This document shows, piece by piece, positions 15,201 to 27,333 of a stretch of 64,000 nt of DNA. Where the stretch lies: assembly GCA_949358305.1 (NCBI GenBank), contig OX442314.1, forward strand, positions 14,570,001-14,634,000, written 5' to 3'. The DNA is from Strigamia acuminata (lineage: Eukaryota). The notes beneath the pieces were generated by a model. That model had not been told where the DNA came from, ran no database searches, and was given only the letters and a program-made list of their open reading frames with translations. Every line of letters begins with the position of its first letter. Within the stretch, counting starts at the first letter, position 1. The translations under genes were made by a program, and so were the position numbers.

Positions 15201-15239
15201 AACTTCCTCCATACCAAAACCCACAACATGAATCACCAT
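9211..15239 (-). CDS. SIPA1L: Signal-induced proliferation-associated 1-like protein (Rap GAP, PDZ, C-terminal coiled coil), multi-exon; start codon uncertain
   Basis: [116 protein letters not shown] ([25 protein letters not shown]) and the C-terminus [21 protein letters not shown] are typical of the SIPA1L family. Confidence 0.93.
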
Positions 15240-18200
15240 GAGGGAGCAGAAATCTCTTCAAGTGACAATCCACATTATACATTTCTTAATTTCTTCAATC
15301 TGAAATAAATAAAAATAAATATAAATAAATAAATATAAAAATATTTTTAAAAAAAATAAAAAATGTAAACAAATATTTGTAAAAAAAGTAAAAAATTGAA
15401 AAATGAATGCTATGTGGAATGTTGTCACCCAATAAAGAATGTTGTCTCCCCTCGAGGATCTTTTTACACCCTCCTCGTGCAAGATGCAGTCTCCTGGCAC
15501 AGTTTAGTGAGTGGGATGCGCATCTGCAGGCGATGACATAATCGCACCGCAGACAAAGAAGAATCTTAATCTTACCCTGAACAAATTGAGTAGATTACGC
15601 TTTTCAGGAAAGAAAGAGCTCGAAGAAGGGGAAAAAAAGTCTAACCTTAGGTCATAACTCGGTAAAGTTCAACATCCCACTCAATGGATGCTCTAATTAC
15701 CACGCGAAATAATTAATACGTTTCAGTCACTCTTTTGCACACAGGAGAATGCATCCAAGTTCACTTCCTTGTGCTTTTTATGCGCAAAAACATGCCATAA
15801 TTCACGTTTTAAATTCTCTCTTCGTACGACTTGCAAATACAATCGTAGGAAGCAATTTGTCTCATTTTATCAAGACAAGTTTAGTGGTGCATCAAGATCA
15901 GGATGTCACGTATTGAAAAAAATGCATAAAAATAAATTGAAAAATGTAATCAAACTTCCTTTTCCACTGCCCTTCTTATTCATCAATCAACATCAAGATT
16001 ATCTTGTTTTTTTGTGTTGTTGTTGAAATAGCAACAACACTACTGTTGTTTTATTTGTATTTTTTTTTTTTTTTTAAATAAAAAAAATTGACTTGTGGTT
16101 TGTGACCTGGCCAAGTTCGCACAGACTAATCATGATAATCTCGACGCATAAAAAGGATTTTTTTTTCCTTTTTATTTTTCGAATTTAAAATGACAATAAC
16201 TGGTAAAGTTGCTCTCAGCTATCATCCTCTCTATATAAAGAGGTTTATTTGAATGGAAGCAAGTTGAACGAACCATAAAAATGAACTGATAAATGAAATA
16301 ATTTTGAATCTTCTTTTGACAAAATGCCAGAATATTTAACCACGTGATTTGTAAAACGTTTGAAATGAAAACAAAAACAAAAAAAAGAAACGTATTTTCT
16401 AAATTTAAAACCTAATTTAAAAAAAAAAACAACGAAAATGGAGCGCAATTTTAAAATTTAAAAACAAAAAGCAAAACATCTGCCGATTTAAAACTTCACG
16501 AACCCACCTTAAGTTCAAGGACAGCAGATTAGTAAGTTAGAAAACTTCTCACGGAAATATCTATCGCGCCACACCTCAAATTTAAAAATTTTCAACCAAA
16601 AAATTATCCGGTCACGTATTCCACATTATTCTAGAAGAAAAAAAAAGAAACAAAAATAAAAGTGAGCGAATCCTATAAAAATTAAACGTTAAACGAGCAA
16701 AACATTACACGTTCTTGACTGTAACACGACTACTTACGTTTTATTTGACCATCGAGTCAACATCCAGACTCGTACACTTGTGTATCACAACAATAAAGAA
16801 ATAATAAAAAGCTCGGTTTCCTCCTTCGAGTAGCAGTTGACTACATTTGAATGCGAGAAAAGAGGCTCGTGTTGGAGGCAGAAGCAGCACATGTTCAACA
16901 GACTGGGACAAAAAATCTAATCTCCAAACGGGTCTCAGGGAAATAAATGGGGCACTAGAAATAAGTGAGAGTATTAAGTGATGAGAAAGTCACTAATTAG
17001 ATGAAGCAGTTGCCAAAATAGAATGGGGAAGGGACCTCTCAACATCTGTTTTCAAAATAACTTTTAACACGTTTCATCTTTTTCTTTCTTTTTCTCTCTA
17101 TGCTCTATTTCATAAAGATTGTGTTGTCAATCACAATCCACAATTGACAATTATAATTAAGGGCAGCATTCACATTGGATAATATGTTGATTTCAGTGAG
17201 TCATTCGAGCGACAGGTAAAGTAATCATCGAGGAAGGAGTGTAGCACAGATGTTTGCCAATTTGAAAATCAAATGATTCACAACGGAATAAATTTTTATT
17301 TTTAATTTTTCGAAACGGATGGAAAAATTAAAAATAAATTTTTTAAAAAAACAAAAAAAAAACACATCATCACCACACCCAATGAATATTGTAGCGAAAT
17401 GAAGCACGCCTAATGTTTCCAGAGTGATGAGCAAAATGAAATCATGTTTACAGTTCACAGTATGGTGCTGGGGTGTGCACCCCTAAAGTGCCACTCCCAT
17501 AATACTGTGCAGTGCCAGTGTCCAAGCAGCCAAGCCTATTCAACTGATTCCACCCAAGCATAATTCCCTTATAGCGCCATCATCACAGTCCGCAGAACAC
17601 GAACACAACACCCAACTCTTGAATTCACCTTGCAAAATACGAAATAAATTCGACTAAATTAATTCAAAGTTTTATTTCTCGTCGACAGGTTGTGGGACAA
17701 TAATAATAATAATAATATACGACAAAAATGCTTATATGGTCACTCAACTGCTGCTGATTTCCATTCAGACAGGTCACGACTGTCTAATTTTAAACTAATT
17801 TCAATCAGTCACATGTTCAACTTGTTACCTTTTCCCTTAGAATTTTTTTTTATTATTTGTAATAAAAATCGAAAATTTTTAACGTCTCGAAAGAAAAGTA
17901 AAAAAAAAATTAAATTAATATTTTTTATTTATTTATATATATTTTTTTATATAGATGTATTGTTTGTAGAAGTTCTAGGTTATCATAAAAAGAAGTGTGT
18001 TTTTGATTGCATGGTCAGTCAAGGGTAAACGAAGTGTCATTATTTGGTAAGTGCAAAATGTGGGATCAAAATGTAAAGTTGTGGCTCGAGCTTCACCATT
18101 TGTGGATGCTGGATGTTGTTGTTGTTAGTTGGGTGTGTTCCCAACTAACACATGGTTAGTTTTAGTATTTGTGTAGCGAGTCTTTTTTCTTGGGTTGTAT

Positions 18201-18594
18201 TTGGAAAAAAATCGGTGATTTACTATGTGTTTTGAGATTTGGAAAAAAAGTTTTAATAACTTGTTTCGAGTTGAGTGTCGATGGTAGAAAAAAGTTGTTT
18301 TCCCAAGCAGAAAGTAAAGAAGGAACTTGAACTTACCAAAATAAATAATTATTTCTTCTCTTAATCTCTCTGTATCATTGTTATATATCGAGGAAAGGCA
18401 ATCGAGGGGGCGTATGTATTCTATTCACGCAAATCTGGCAGCATTCAGCAACACGGCACACAATAAAGTAAAAACATTAGGCACAGACCGTCAGCGCAAT
18501 TTTAGTTTCACAAATTCGTCACTTGGCGGCATTTTAGTTCGTTTATCAGATACATGCTCCCTCACGCGAGCCGGTTTGAAATCATCTTAAAGCG

Positions 18595-21500
18595 ATGTTT
18601 TTAAACGTTGGAAAGCAAAGTTTTCGGTTTTATTCTCGTGGTAGATGTTTTTCGGGGAACGTTGGTTCGCCGCAGAAGGAAAAATACGCTTTAAATGTCC
18701 CAACGACGAGTTTTGAATTAAGAATTGCTTCTAGCAAACGAACCGACTTAGAAACCGGTGTTCAAGAGGCAAATGAATAAAATGTTCTTCTGCATATATA
18801 ATAATTGCATTTAAATGATATGTTGCAGGCATGTGATTTCGATTCACTTTATTCATGGCAGCGTGAAGCGTTGAGAGCCAAACCATCATTTGTTGTGCAT
18901 GATGCACCGCCTCGTGCTAATGGTGCGCCGCACATGGGACATTTTGTTGACAAAGTTTGTATTTCTTCGATTGAAAAAAAGTGCCCACTTTACTTATCTC
19001 ATTCTATTTCCTCCGTAGGTGTTGAAAGATATTATAATTCGATATAAATTATTGACTGGTCATCGGATTCATTATGTACCTGGATTTGATTGTCATTTGG
19101 AATCAGTTGGATCGACGGTAATAAAAGAGGCAAATTACAAAAAATTTGATCCTTTAGAAGTAAGGAAGTTAGGTAAAAAGGTCAAATAAGTAATTGCGCT
19201 ATTTTTTTTAAATGATGTTTTTCAATATTTTAGTTCGTGATTTTGCTCTGTCTTCTATTAAAACTCAAAAGGCAGCTTTTAAACGCTGGGGAGTGCTGGC
19301 AGATTGGGAGAACAGTTACAACACATTAGATAAAGACTATGAAATTACACAATTTAAGGCGTTTTTTGAGTTGTACAAGAAAGTAATAATCTGCCATAAG
19401 AATAAGTTCAACAGATATTATTAACGATTTTTTAAATAAACTTAGGGACTAGTGTATAGAGATCTTAAGCCCGTTTATTTGTCACCGTCCACCAGGTACA
19501 CACAGAAAACGATTTATTCATTTGATACAAGGATAGATATTTTTTTTTTGTTATTTAGGTCAACTTTAACCGAAGCTGAAGTGGAATACAAACCCCGTCA
19601 AGTAACATGCGCTTATGTAAAATTTCCACTTAAAACTCTTCCTGCTATTTTGCAATCATATGCAGGTGTGGAAATGTACAACTGTAATATTAATACTACA
19701 AAACTTAAATTAATTTTCTTTTAAATATTATTTAGGAAATCATCCTATATTCGCTCTGATATGGACGACGCAGCCGTGGACGTTACCCATGAATGAATGC
19801 ATTTTGTACAACGAAGATATTGAGTTAATTAAACGAAATTAAAATTTTTGGTTAATATTTTAAATTTAAAAAAAAAAAAACTTTAGGTATTCTCTAGTGG
19901 AAAATATTGAATCAGGAATTATGTATGTTATTGCGAGTGATTTGGTTTCAACTTTAGAACAAATTCTGTCTCTTCGACTGAAGACATTAATTTCTTTCTC
20001 AGGTTTAAATTTTGATGAAAAAATCAAATTTGTTTTAAATAATTTTTTTGCAGGCGAAATTTTGAAAAATGCCACGTATATTGGTATACAAAGACAAGAA
20101 GAAATAAGAATGCTTCCAGCTGCGATTGTTACAGCCAGTAAGGGAACTGGATTAGTTCATTCTGGTCCATCACATGGATTTGTTGATTTTGATATATGCA
20201 TGAAATATAATTTACCCATGGTACGTGCAATATTGAACACTTTTTTATTAGGTACTTAAAAGTACTAAACAGAAACGATTTTATTTTATTTTTGCGTAAT
20301 TTTCAGAAAGATTATTTGGATGACAATGGTTGTTTCACAAATAAATGCAACGAGGAACGTTTAGTAGGAAAATCAGTTTTAGAAGATGCTGACCAAACGG
20401 CTCTTGATTTGTACAGTAAAAGCGTCGTCAAAGTTGAGAAATCGCTCCACTCTTATCCACACGACAGTAGAAACAAACCGGTGATTATAAAACCGAGCTA
20501 TCAATGGTTTCTCGACACTGGCAAACTTAAAGACAGCGCTTTGGTAAAACGATCGCATCTTTAGTTCAACATGGAATTAATAATTTTTCTTCTGAACACA
20601 CGAAGGCTTCTCTTAAACAAATTGAAGTTTTTCCGTCAAATATGCAAACTGGAATGGTTGACCAACTAAAAAATGTTTCCTCCTCGTATCCTATTTCACA
20701 ACGGAAAGCATGGGGTTTGCCTATTCCAGCATTTTATGAACAAGAATCAAACAAAGTTATTTTAAATAGGTAAGTTTGTTGGCCATGGCTCTTTTTACTT
20801 CACATGAAGTGGAATTAGTCATTCTAAAATTTGTTTGCTATTTATTGATATATTTTTTATTTTGTTAATATTTTTTTTTATGTTAGTGATTTAATTCAAC
20901 ATTGGTGCAAATTGGTTGACGAACACGGATCCGACATGTGGTGGCTCTTGTCCGATGCATCTCTCTTACCGAAAGAAATTTTAAAACAGGTGATATAATT
21001 AAGGGAAATTATATAATTTTTCTGAATGGATCTAAATATTGTTTAATTAATTTAGAATAAACTTTCGTTAGAAGCTGTTTACGAGAAAGGACAAGACATT
21101 TTAAATATTCGATTTGATAGCGGGATTTGGAAACATCTATTAACAGGTAACTTGCTTTTGACTAATTAAAGTTTAACTATTGCAAAAAAAAACAATATTT
21201 TGCAGGCACGAATTACGAGGCAGATGTTTGTTTGGAAGAAGTAAACCAATCTAATTGGTTTGAGCCATTCTTGTTAACCAGTGCTGCTTTTCAAGACAAA
21301 CCATCTTTCAAGTTAGATTGAAAAAGCGTACGATTTTAATATTCATCTCACAATTAATTTTTTTAATGCCCAGAAAACTGATTTACCACGGATTTGTCGT
21401 GGATAAACACAACAGAAAAAAATTGACAAAAGCTGTGGAAAGTGTTGATCCACAAATAGTTGTGAATGGACAAAATGTATTTCTCTTGTGTGCATCGGAA

Positions 21501-22825
21501 TGATTTTACGTAGAATTTACTTTAGTTTAAATTTAGGTTATGTCAAAGGTGCGCGGAGCGGATACGTTGCGATGGTGGGTGGCATGTCATGTTGTTGATC
21601 GTTCTAATGGTCCTTTTGTACCCAAAATTATCGAAGAGTGCACAAACACTGTACAAAAGGTAAATACTCCAATATAAAGTTTTCATTTTATCGGTAATTA
21701 CAATTTATTTTGTAGTTACGAGGGGCACTACGTTTTATGCTTCGAAATGTAGGAGATTTTGATTCGAGCAAAGATTTTGTCTCGCTGGATGACATGGAAT
21801 TAATAGACCAATATATTTTACATTTGTTGTATAAATATCAAGAAAAAGTACGTTTCTTTTATATTTTTTAATGGGTAATTATATTTTCAATAAATCTTTA
21901 GGTCGTAAACTCGTACGAATCCTTCAGATTTGATGATGTGTGCACCGAGACAAAAAAATTTATTTTTGACGATATATCTGAATTTTATTTGGAATTATGC
22001 AGAGACAGGTATTAAATCGTTATCTAGTCGTAAAGTAGATTATTTTTCATTTCCTCGTTCCTTTTTAGATTATACTGTGGTGAACCGAAAGGAAGAAAAC
22101 GTAAATCGTGTCAAACGGCTTTGCATCATCTTTTTGTGCATGCTACGTATTGTATCGCACCCATCCTTCCTCACTTGGCGGAAGAAGCTTTTTTCCATCA
22201 TCATGAATATGGAAATAAGAAAAAACTTATTTTCCGCAACGTTTGGCCAGATTGTTTGGAGAGCTGGAAAAATCCAAAGATTGAATCAATAGTCGCACCG
22301 GCAATTCAATTAGATGCACTTTTAAAAAAGGAAATTCCGGCTTTCGATTTACATGTAACTGAAGTTGATGTGACAATTCAAGGAAATCAATCAGTTGTGG
22401 ATGCATTAAAAGTATTTTGTTTGTTTATTTTTGTTTGGCAAGATTTACAACCTTTTTTTAATTCAAAATTTTTCAGATTTTACATCCGCAACCGAAAAGC
22501 AGTAATTCAAGTTTATGTGAACTTTTGAAAGTGGCATCTGTGACATTATCAACTCAAATATCTGAAACGAAAAACAAGAATCCAGTGATTTCTGCTATCG
22601 ATACTTCACTGAAGTTAAATGATGGTATGTCGGTCGTTGAGGCAAATATGTAATACGTAGCTTAATTTTACATATTTTACATGTTTATTAGATCAAGTAC
22701 AAAACTGCCTTCTAAATATAAGAAAATCAGACATGCCTAAATGTCATCGTTGCAAACGATATGTAGTGACAGATCCATCATCAGAATTGTGTTCCACTTG
22801 TTTACAGATTGTTGAAAACCTTTAA
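18595..22825 (+). CDS. Mitochondrial isoleucyl-tRNA synthetase-like paralog (copy A) with degenerate aminoacylation motifs; 21 exons, intact ORF
   Basis: All 21 exons join in frame without stops from ATG 18595 to TAA 22823-22825 and are colinear with copy B at the same intron positions. Retains [45 protein letters not shown] and C-terminal CHRC..CSTC. KMSKS is KLTKA, DIWFDSG is NIRFDSG, and so on. Confidence 0.9.
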
Positions 22826-23058
22826 AAAAAAGTTACTTAATTTTAGCGGTTAATTAGTTTGAAAGAGCATTATAACACTTTTGTAAAAACAAGTTATCGA
22901 TTTAATTTGTTTTTTCCTTTATTAAATTGAATAAAACTTCTAAAATTTGTGAGAAGGAAAGCACAGATGTGTATTTTATAGGTTCGGGAAGTTGCCACGG
23001 GGTCGCACTGCTTGACTCCCATCTTTTTCCATGTGCTTAGAAAGCAGAAGATCTCACG

Positions 23059-26000
23059 ATGCAAGTTAACATTTGTATGGGTAGGAAGTATCTACACATT
23101 TCTCTAAGAGCAATAAAAGTACGGTGTTTGTCATCAAAGAAAAAGGTTTTGTCACCTCAGAAAAAAAAGTATGCTGAAACACTGCTGCTTCCAAAAACAA
23201 GTTTCCCATTAAGAATTCCTTCTTCGAAAAGGACTGAATTGGAAGTAGGAATTCAAGAGGTATGGAACTTAAAATTAATACGATTTTAATTGATTATATT
23301 GATTCAACTTATATAATTTCTGCTTTACAGGCTTGCAATTTCAGTTCGCTTTATGCTTGGCAGCGAGAAGCATTAAAAGAAAAACCTCAGTTTGTTTTGC
23401 ATGATGGACCGCCTTATGCAAATGGAGTTCCTCACATGGGTCACCTCGTTAATAAAGTCTGGTTATACACACAGTAGTTAAATTTATTTTATTAATGCAC
23501 TATTTTTCTGTAGGTATTGAAGGATATTCTAATTCGCTACAAATTGTTGACAGGGTTCCGAGTTCATTATGTACCTGGCTGGGATTGTCACGGATTACCA
23601 ATAGAATTAAAAGTAATTAAATTAGATAATAAAAAAAATTACAGTCCTTTAGAAATTAGGAAGCAAGGTAAAAAGAAATTTGAATTTACATAAATTTAAA
23701 CGTTATAATTATTTTAAAATATTTATCAGCTCGTGCGTTTGCTCTAACTGCCATTGAAACGCAAAAATCGGCATTCAAACGATGGGGAGTGATGGCGGAT
23801 TGGGAAAATTGTTATTTGACTCTATCCAAAGGCTACGAAGTTACACAACTGAGGGCTTTTTTTGAGTTGTATGAGAAAGTATGGGGAATAAATTAAAAAT
23901 GTGATTGCACGTATGAATATTAGTAATCAATTGATTTTAGGGTCTCATCTTCAGAGATTTTAAACCTGTGTACTGGTCACCATCTACCAGGTACTAAAGA
24001 AAGCAGTCGAATTGTATTTATTTATAATTTTTATTTTTTTTTAGATCGGCTCTAGCTGAAGCAGAATTAGAGTACAATTCTACATACGAAAGCACGTGTG
24101 CATACGTACAATTTCCTCTTAAAAATATGCCTGCAATTTTCCAACCATATGCAGGTATATACCGGTAACTAAAAAATTAAGCTGAAATATATTTAATTTG
24201 TTAATAAACCAATAAATTCAGAAAAGCATTCAATTTTTGGTCTGATTTGGACAACTACTCCATGGACATTGCCCACCAATGAATGCATTGCATACAACGA
24301 AAATATTGAGTAGATTAAAATACAAATTTGTATTTTTAGTTTGTCCTCCTTATTTTATTTATTTTTTTTCCTTATTTGTAGGTATTCTCTAGTGAAAAAT
24401 AACGACTCGGGAGCTATGTACATTATTGGATCTGAATTGTGTTCCAAAATAGAAGAAACTTTATCCCTACAGTTTGAAAAATTAATTAGTTTTACAGGTG
24501 TGTTTAGTTAATTTCATTTTCTGTATAAAATGTAATTCTTATGTAACTTTTATTAGGCAAGGCTTTAGAGAATGTTACCTACGTGCATCCAGTGAGGCAT
24601 GAAGAACTTCGTTTTTTGCCAGCTGCGCACGTGAAAGCTCAGATGGGAACAGGCTTAGTTCACAGTAGTCCAAGTCATGGATTTGACGATTACAATTTAG
24701 GTGTCAAATTTAATTTACCTATGGTGAGTTACCTGAATGATTCTATAACATGTACGATTAGAATAATTTATTTGGTACTTTCCAGAAAAATTACTTGGAT
24801 GATAACGGCTGTTTTACAAATGAATGCAACGAGGAACGTCTGAGAGGAAAATCGGTTTTAGATGATGCCAATCAACTAGTACTTGGTTTATTTGGCGATC
24901 ATATTCTGAAAACAGACAAATTCATTCACAGTTATCCTCACGACTGGCGAAGTAAACAACCAGTGATTATTAAACCTAGTTTACAATGGTTTATTGATAC
25001 TGATAAAATAAAAGACAGCGCTTTGGTAATACGAGTCTCATTCATAATGGTTAGTACTTATTCTTGCTTATTTCAGGCTTTTCTTAAAGAAATTGACGTT
25101 TTCCCATCAAATATGATGTCTGGAATGAATGATCAATTAATCAACAGACCGTCGTGGTGCATTTCACGGCAAAGAAGTTGGGGGTTACCCATTCCAGCCT
25201 TCTATGAACAAAAATCAAAGAGAGTTATTCTGAACAAGTATGTTTATTCATTGATATTTAATGTATTTGATTGGTTAATATAATTTTTTGATTATCTTTT
25301 TAGTGATTTACTTGTTCATTGGTGCAAATTATTGGAGCAACATGGTTCTGACATGTGGTGGACTCTCCCAGACTCTTCACTCCTGCCAAAACAAATATTG
25401 CAAGATGTAATTTTTAGTATTGAGATTGTACTTTTCAAAATGGCTTAAAAATTGTTTTTTTTTTTTATATAGAATGGGCTGTCATCCGAAGCTGTTTATG
25501 AAAAAGGGCAGGATATTCTAGATATTTGGTTTGATAGTGGAATCAGTTGGAAACATCTGCTGTCAGGTTTGAAACATTAAGCTAAAATTATCACAAATGT
25601 TAATGTAATTATTCTACAGATGCAAATTACCAAGCGGACGTTTGTTTAGAGGGTGTGGATCAATCTCGTGGCTGGTTTCAGTCACTTTTGTTGACTAGTG
25701 TTGCTCTTCAACAGAAGCCTCCTTTTAAGTTTGTTGACGAATGTTTACAGTGTTGAAATAAATACACATTTGATTATTTTAATAAATAGAAAACTATTCT
25801 ATCATGGATTCGTATTGGATGAACAGGGACGAAAAATGTCAAAATCGATAGGAAATGTTGTCGATCCACAACTACTTGTGGATGGTGACAAAGTAATTAC
25901 TTTTATGCTTATACGTTTCGTTTGGTAATTTTTATTCATTCGACATTAAAATTAACTAGAATAAATCCAAAGCACTTGGTGCTGATACTTTGCGTTGGTG

Positions 26001-27236
26001 GGTGGCCACTCATGTTGTCGAACGTTCCAGTGTTTGCATTAAACAAGAAATACTCGACGAATGCTCGCAAGTGGTCCAAAAGGTATAATAAATAATTTAA
26101 TCACTTTAAGTAGTTGTGTTTTACACGTATTTGTTACAGATTCGTGCTGTATTACGGTATCTTCTTAGCAATTTGTCTGATTTTGATTCAAATAAGGATG
26201 CAATTTCATTGGACAAAATGGAATTAGTCGATCGATATGTTTTACATTTGTTGTACGAATACCGGCAAAGGGTAATTTAATCACTAGTTGAAAGAATTTT
26301 TTTTTATTTGCGTTTATTTGTAGGTCAGTAACTCGTACGAATCCTTCAAATTTGATGAAGCAGGTATTACAACTATGAACTTTGTAGCTAGAGATATATC
26401 TGCGTTGTACTTAAGTACAATTAGAGAACGGTATTGTTATACAATTTGCTAGTTATACGAGAAAAGGTTGATATATTTTTTGTTCTATTTAGGTTATATT
26501 GCAGTGAACCGATGGGACTAAAACGAAGATCATGTCAAACCGCTTTGCATCATCTTTATGTGCAGTTGGTATTTTCTATTGCACCCATTCTTCCCCATCT
26601 TGCGGAAGAAGCATTTCTACATCACCACCAATACGGTGACAAGAAAAAATTCGTTTTTCACAATATTTGGCCAGATTGTTTAGAAGATTGGAGAAATCCA
26701 GAGATTACATCGACAGTAGAAGCAGCAATCCAAATAGGTGCCATTTTAAATAAGGAAATTACGGCCCTTTCCTTAGATATAAATGGAATTGATGTGACAA
26801 TAGAAGGAAATCAATCATTTGTGGATGCATTGAAAGTAATTTTATTTAAAAAAAATTCCTTTTATCTATTTTTGAAATGTCTTTGTCATCCTTGTCAATA
26901 ATTCCAGCCTCTACATCCAGATGAGCAAAGCTGTCATTCACAACTCTGTGAACTTTTAAGAGTCGCATCAGTAACATTGACAATCCAATCAAATAACGAT
27001 AAAGCGCCAATTTCTACTATTGATGCATCACTTAAATTAGAAAACGGTAATTTTTAAAATTTATGGGAAATCTTGAATTAATTTATCGTTTGGTAGGTGA
27101 ATCGCGAGATTTTCGTCTACACCTTCAAAAAGCAAACAGACTTCAATGCGGGCGTTGTCGGCGTTATGTTGTTTTAGATCCAGCGACAGATATTTGTTCC
27201 TTTTGTTTACGAGTAATCGGGGATCAATGGAGTTAG
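23059..27236 (+). CDS. IARS2: Isoleucine--tRNA ligase, mitochondrial (copy B, canonical); 21 exons
   Basis: [25 protein letters not shown] (HIGH), [89 protein letters not shown] (25833-25847), C-terminal zinc finger CGRC..CSFC, Arg/Lys-rich presequence; TAG at 27234-27236. Confidence 0.95.
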
Positions 27237-27333
27237 TTAGTTGGTTAGAATTTATTATTTCACAAATAAAACAATATATATTATAGTACAATTTTCTTTT
27301 TTAAAATACCGTTTCATAACAATTGCCTTAACA

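Noticed and set aside
13965..15308. Plus-strand ORFs of 127 and 219 aa
   Set aside because: Antisense shadows of the GC-richer large SIPA1L exon with no recognisable motifs.
17456..17509. Imperfect hairpin (CACAGTAT..GGGGTGTGCACCCC..ATACTGTG) as pre-miRNA or MITE
   Set aside because: Stem is interrupted and asymmetric; no known miRNA seed or TSD recognised.
18595..22825. IleRS copy A as a simple pseudogene or assembly duplicate
   Set aside because: No stops or frameshifts across 21 exons, splice sites retained, and too diverged from copy B to be a haplotig. Expression evidence is still needed.
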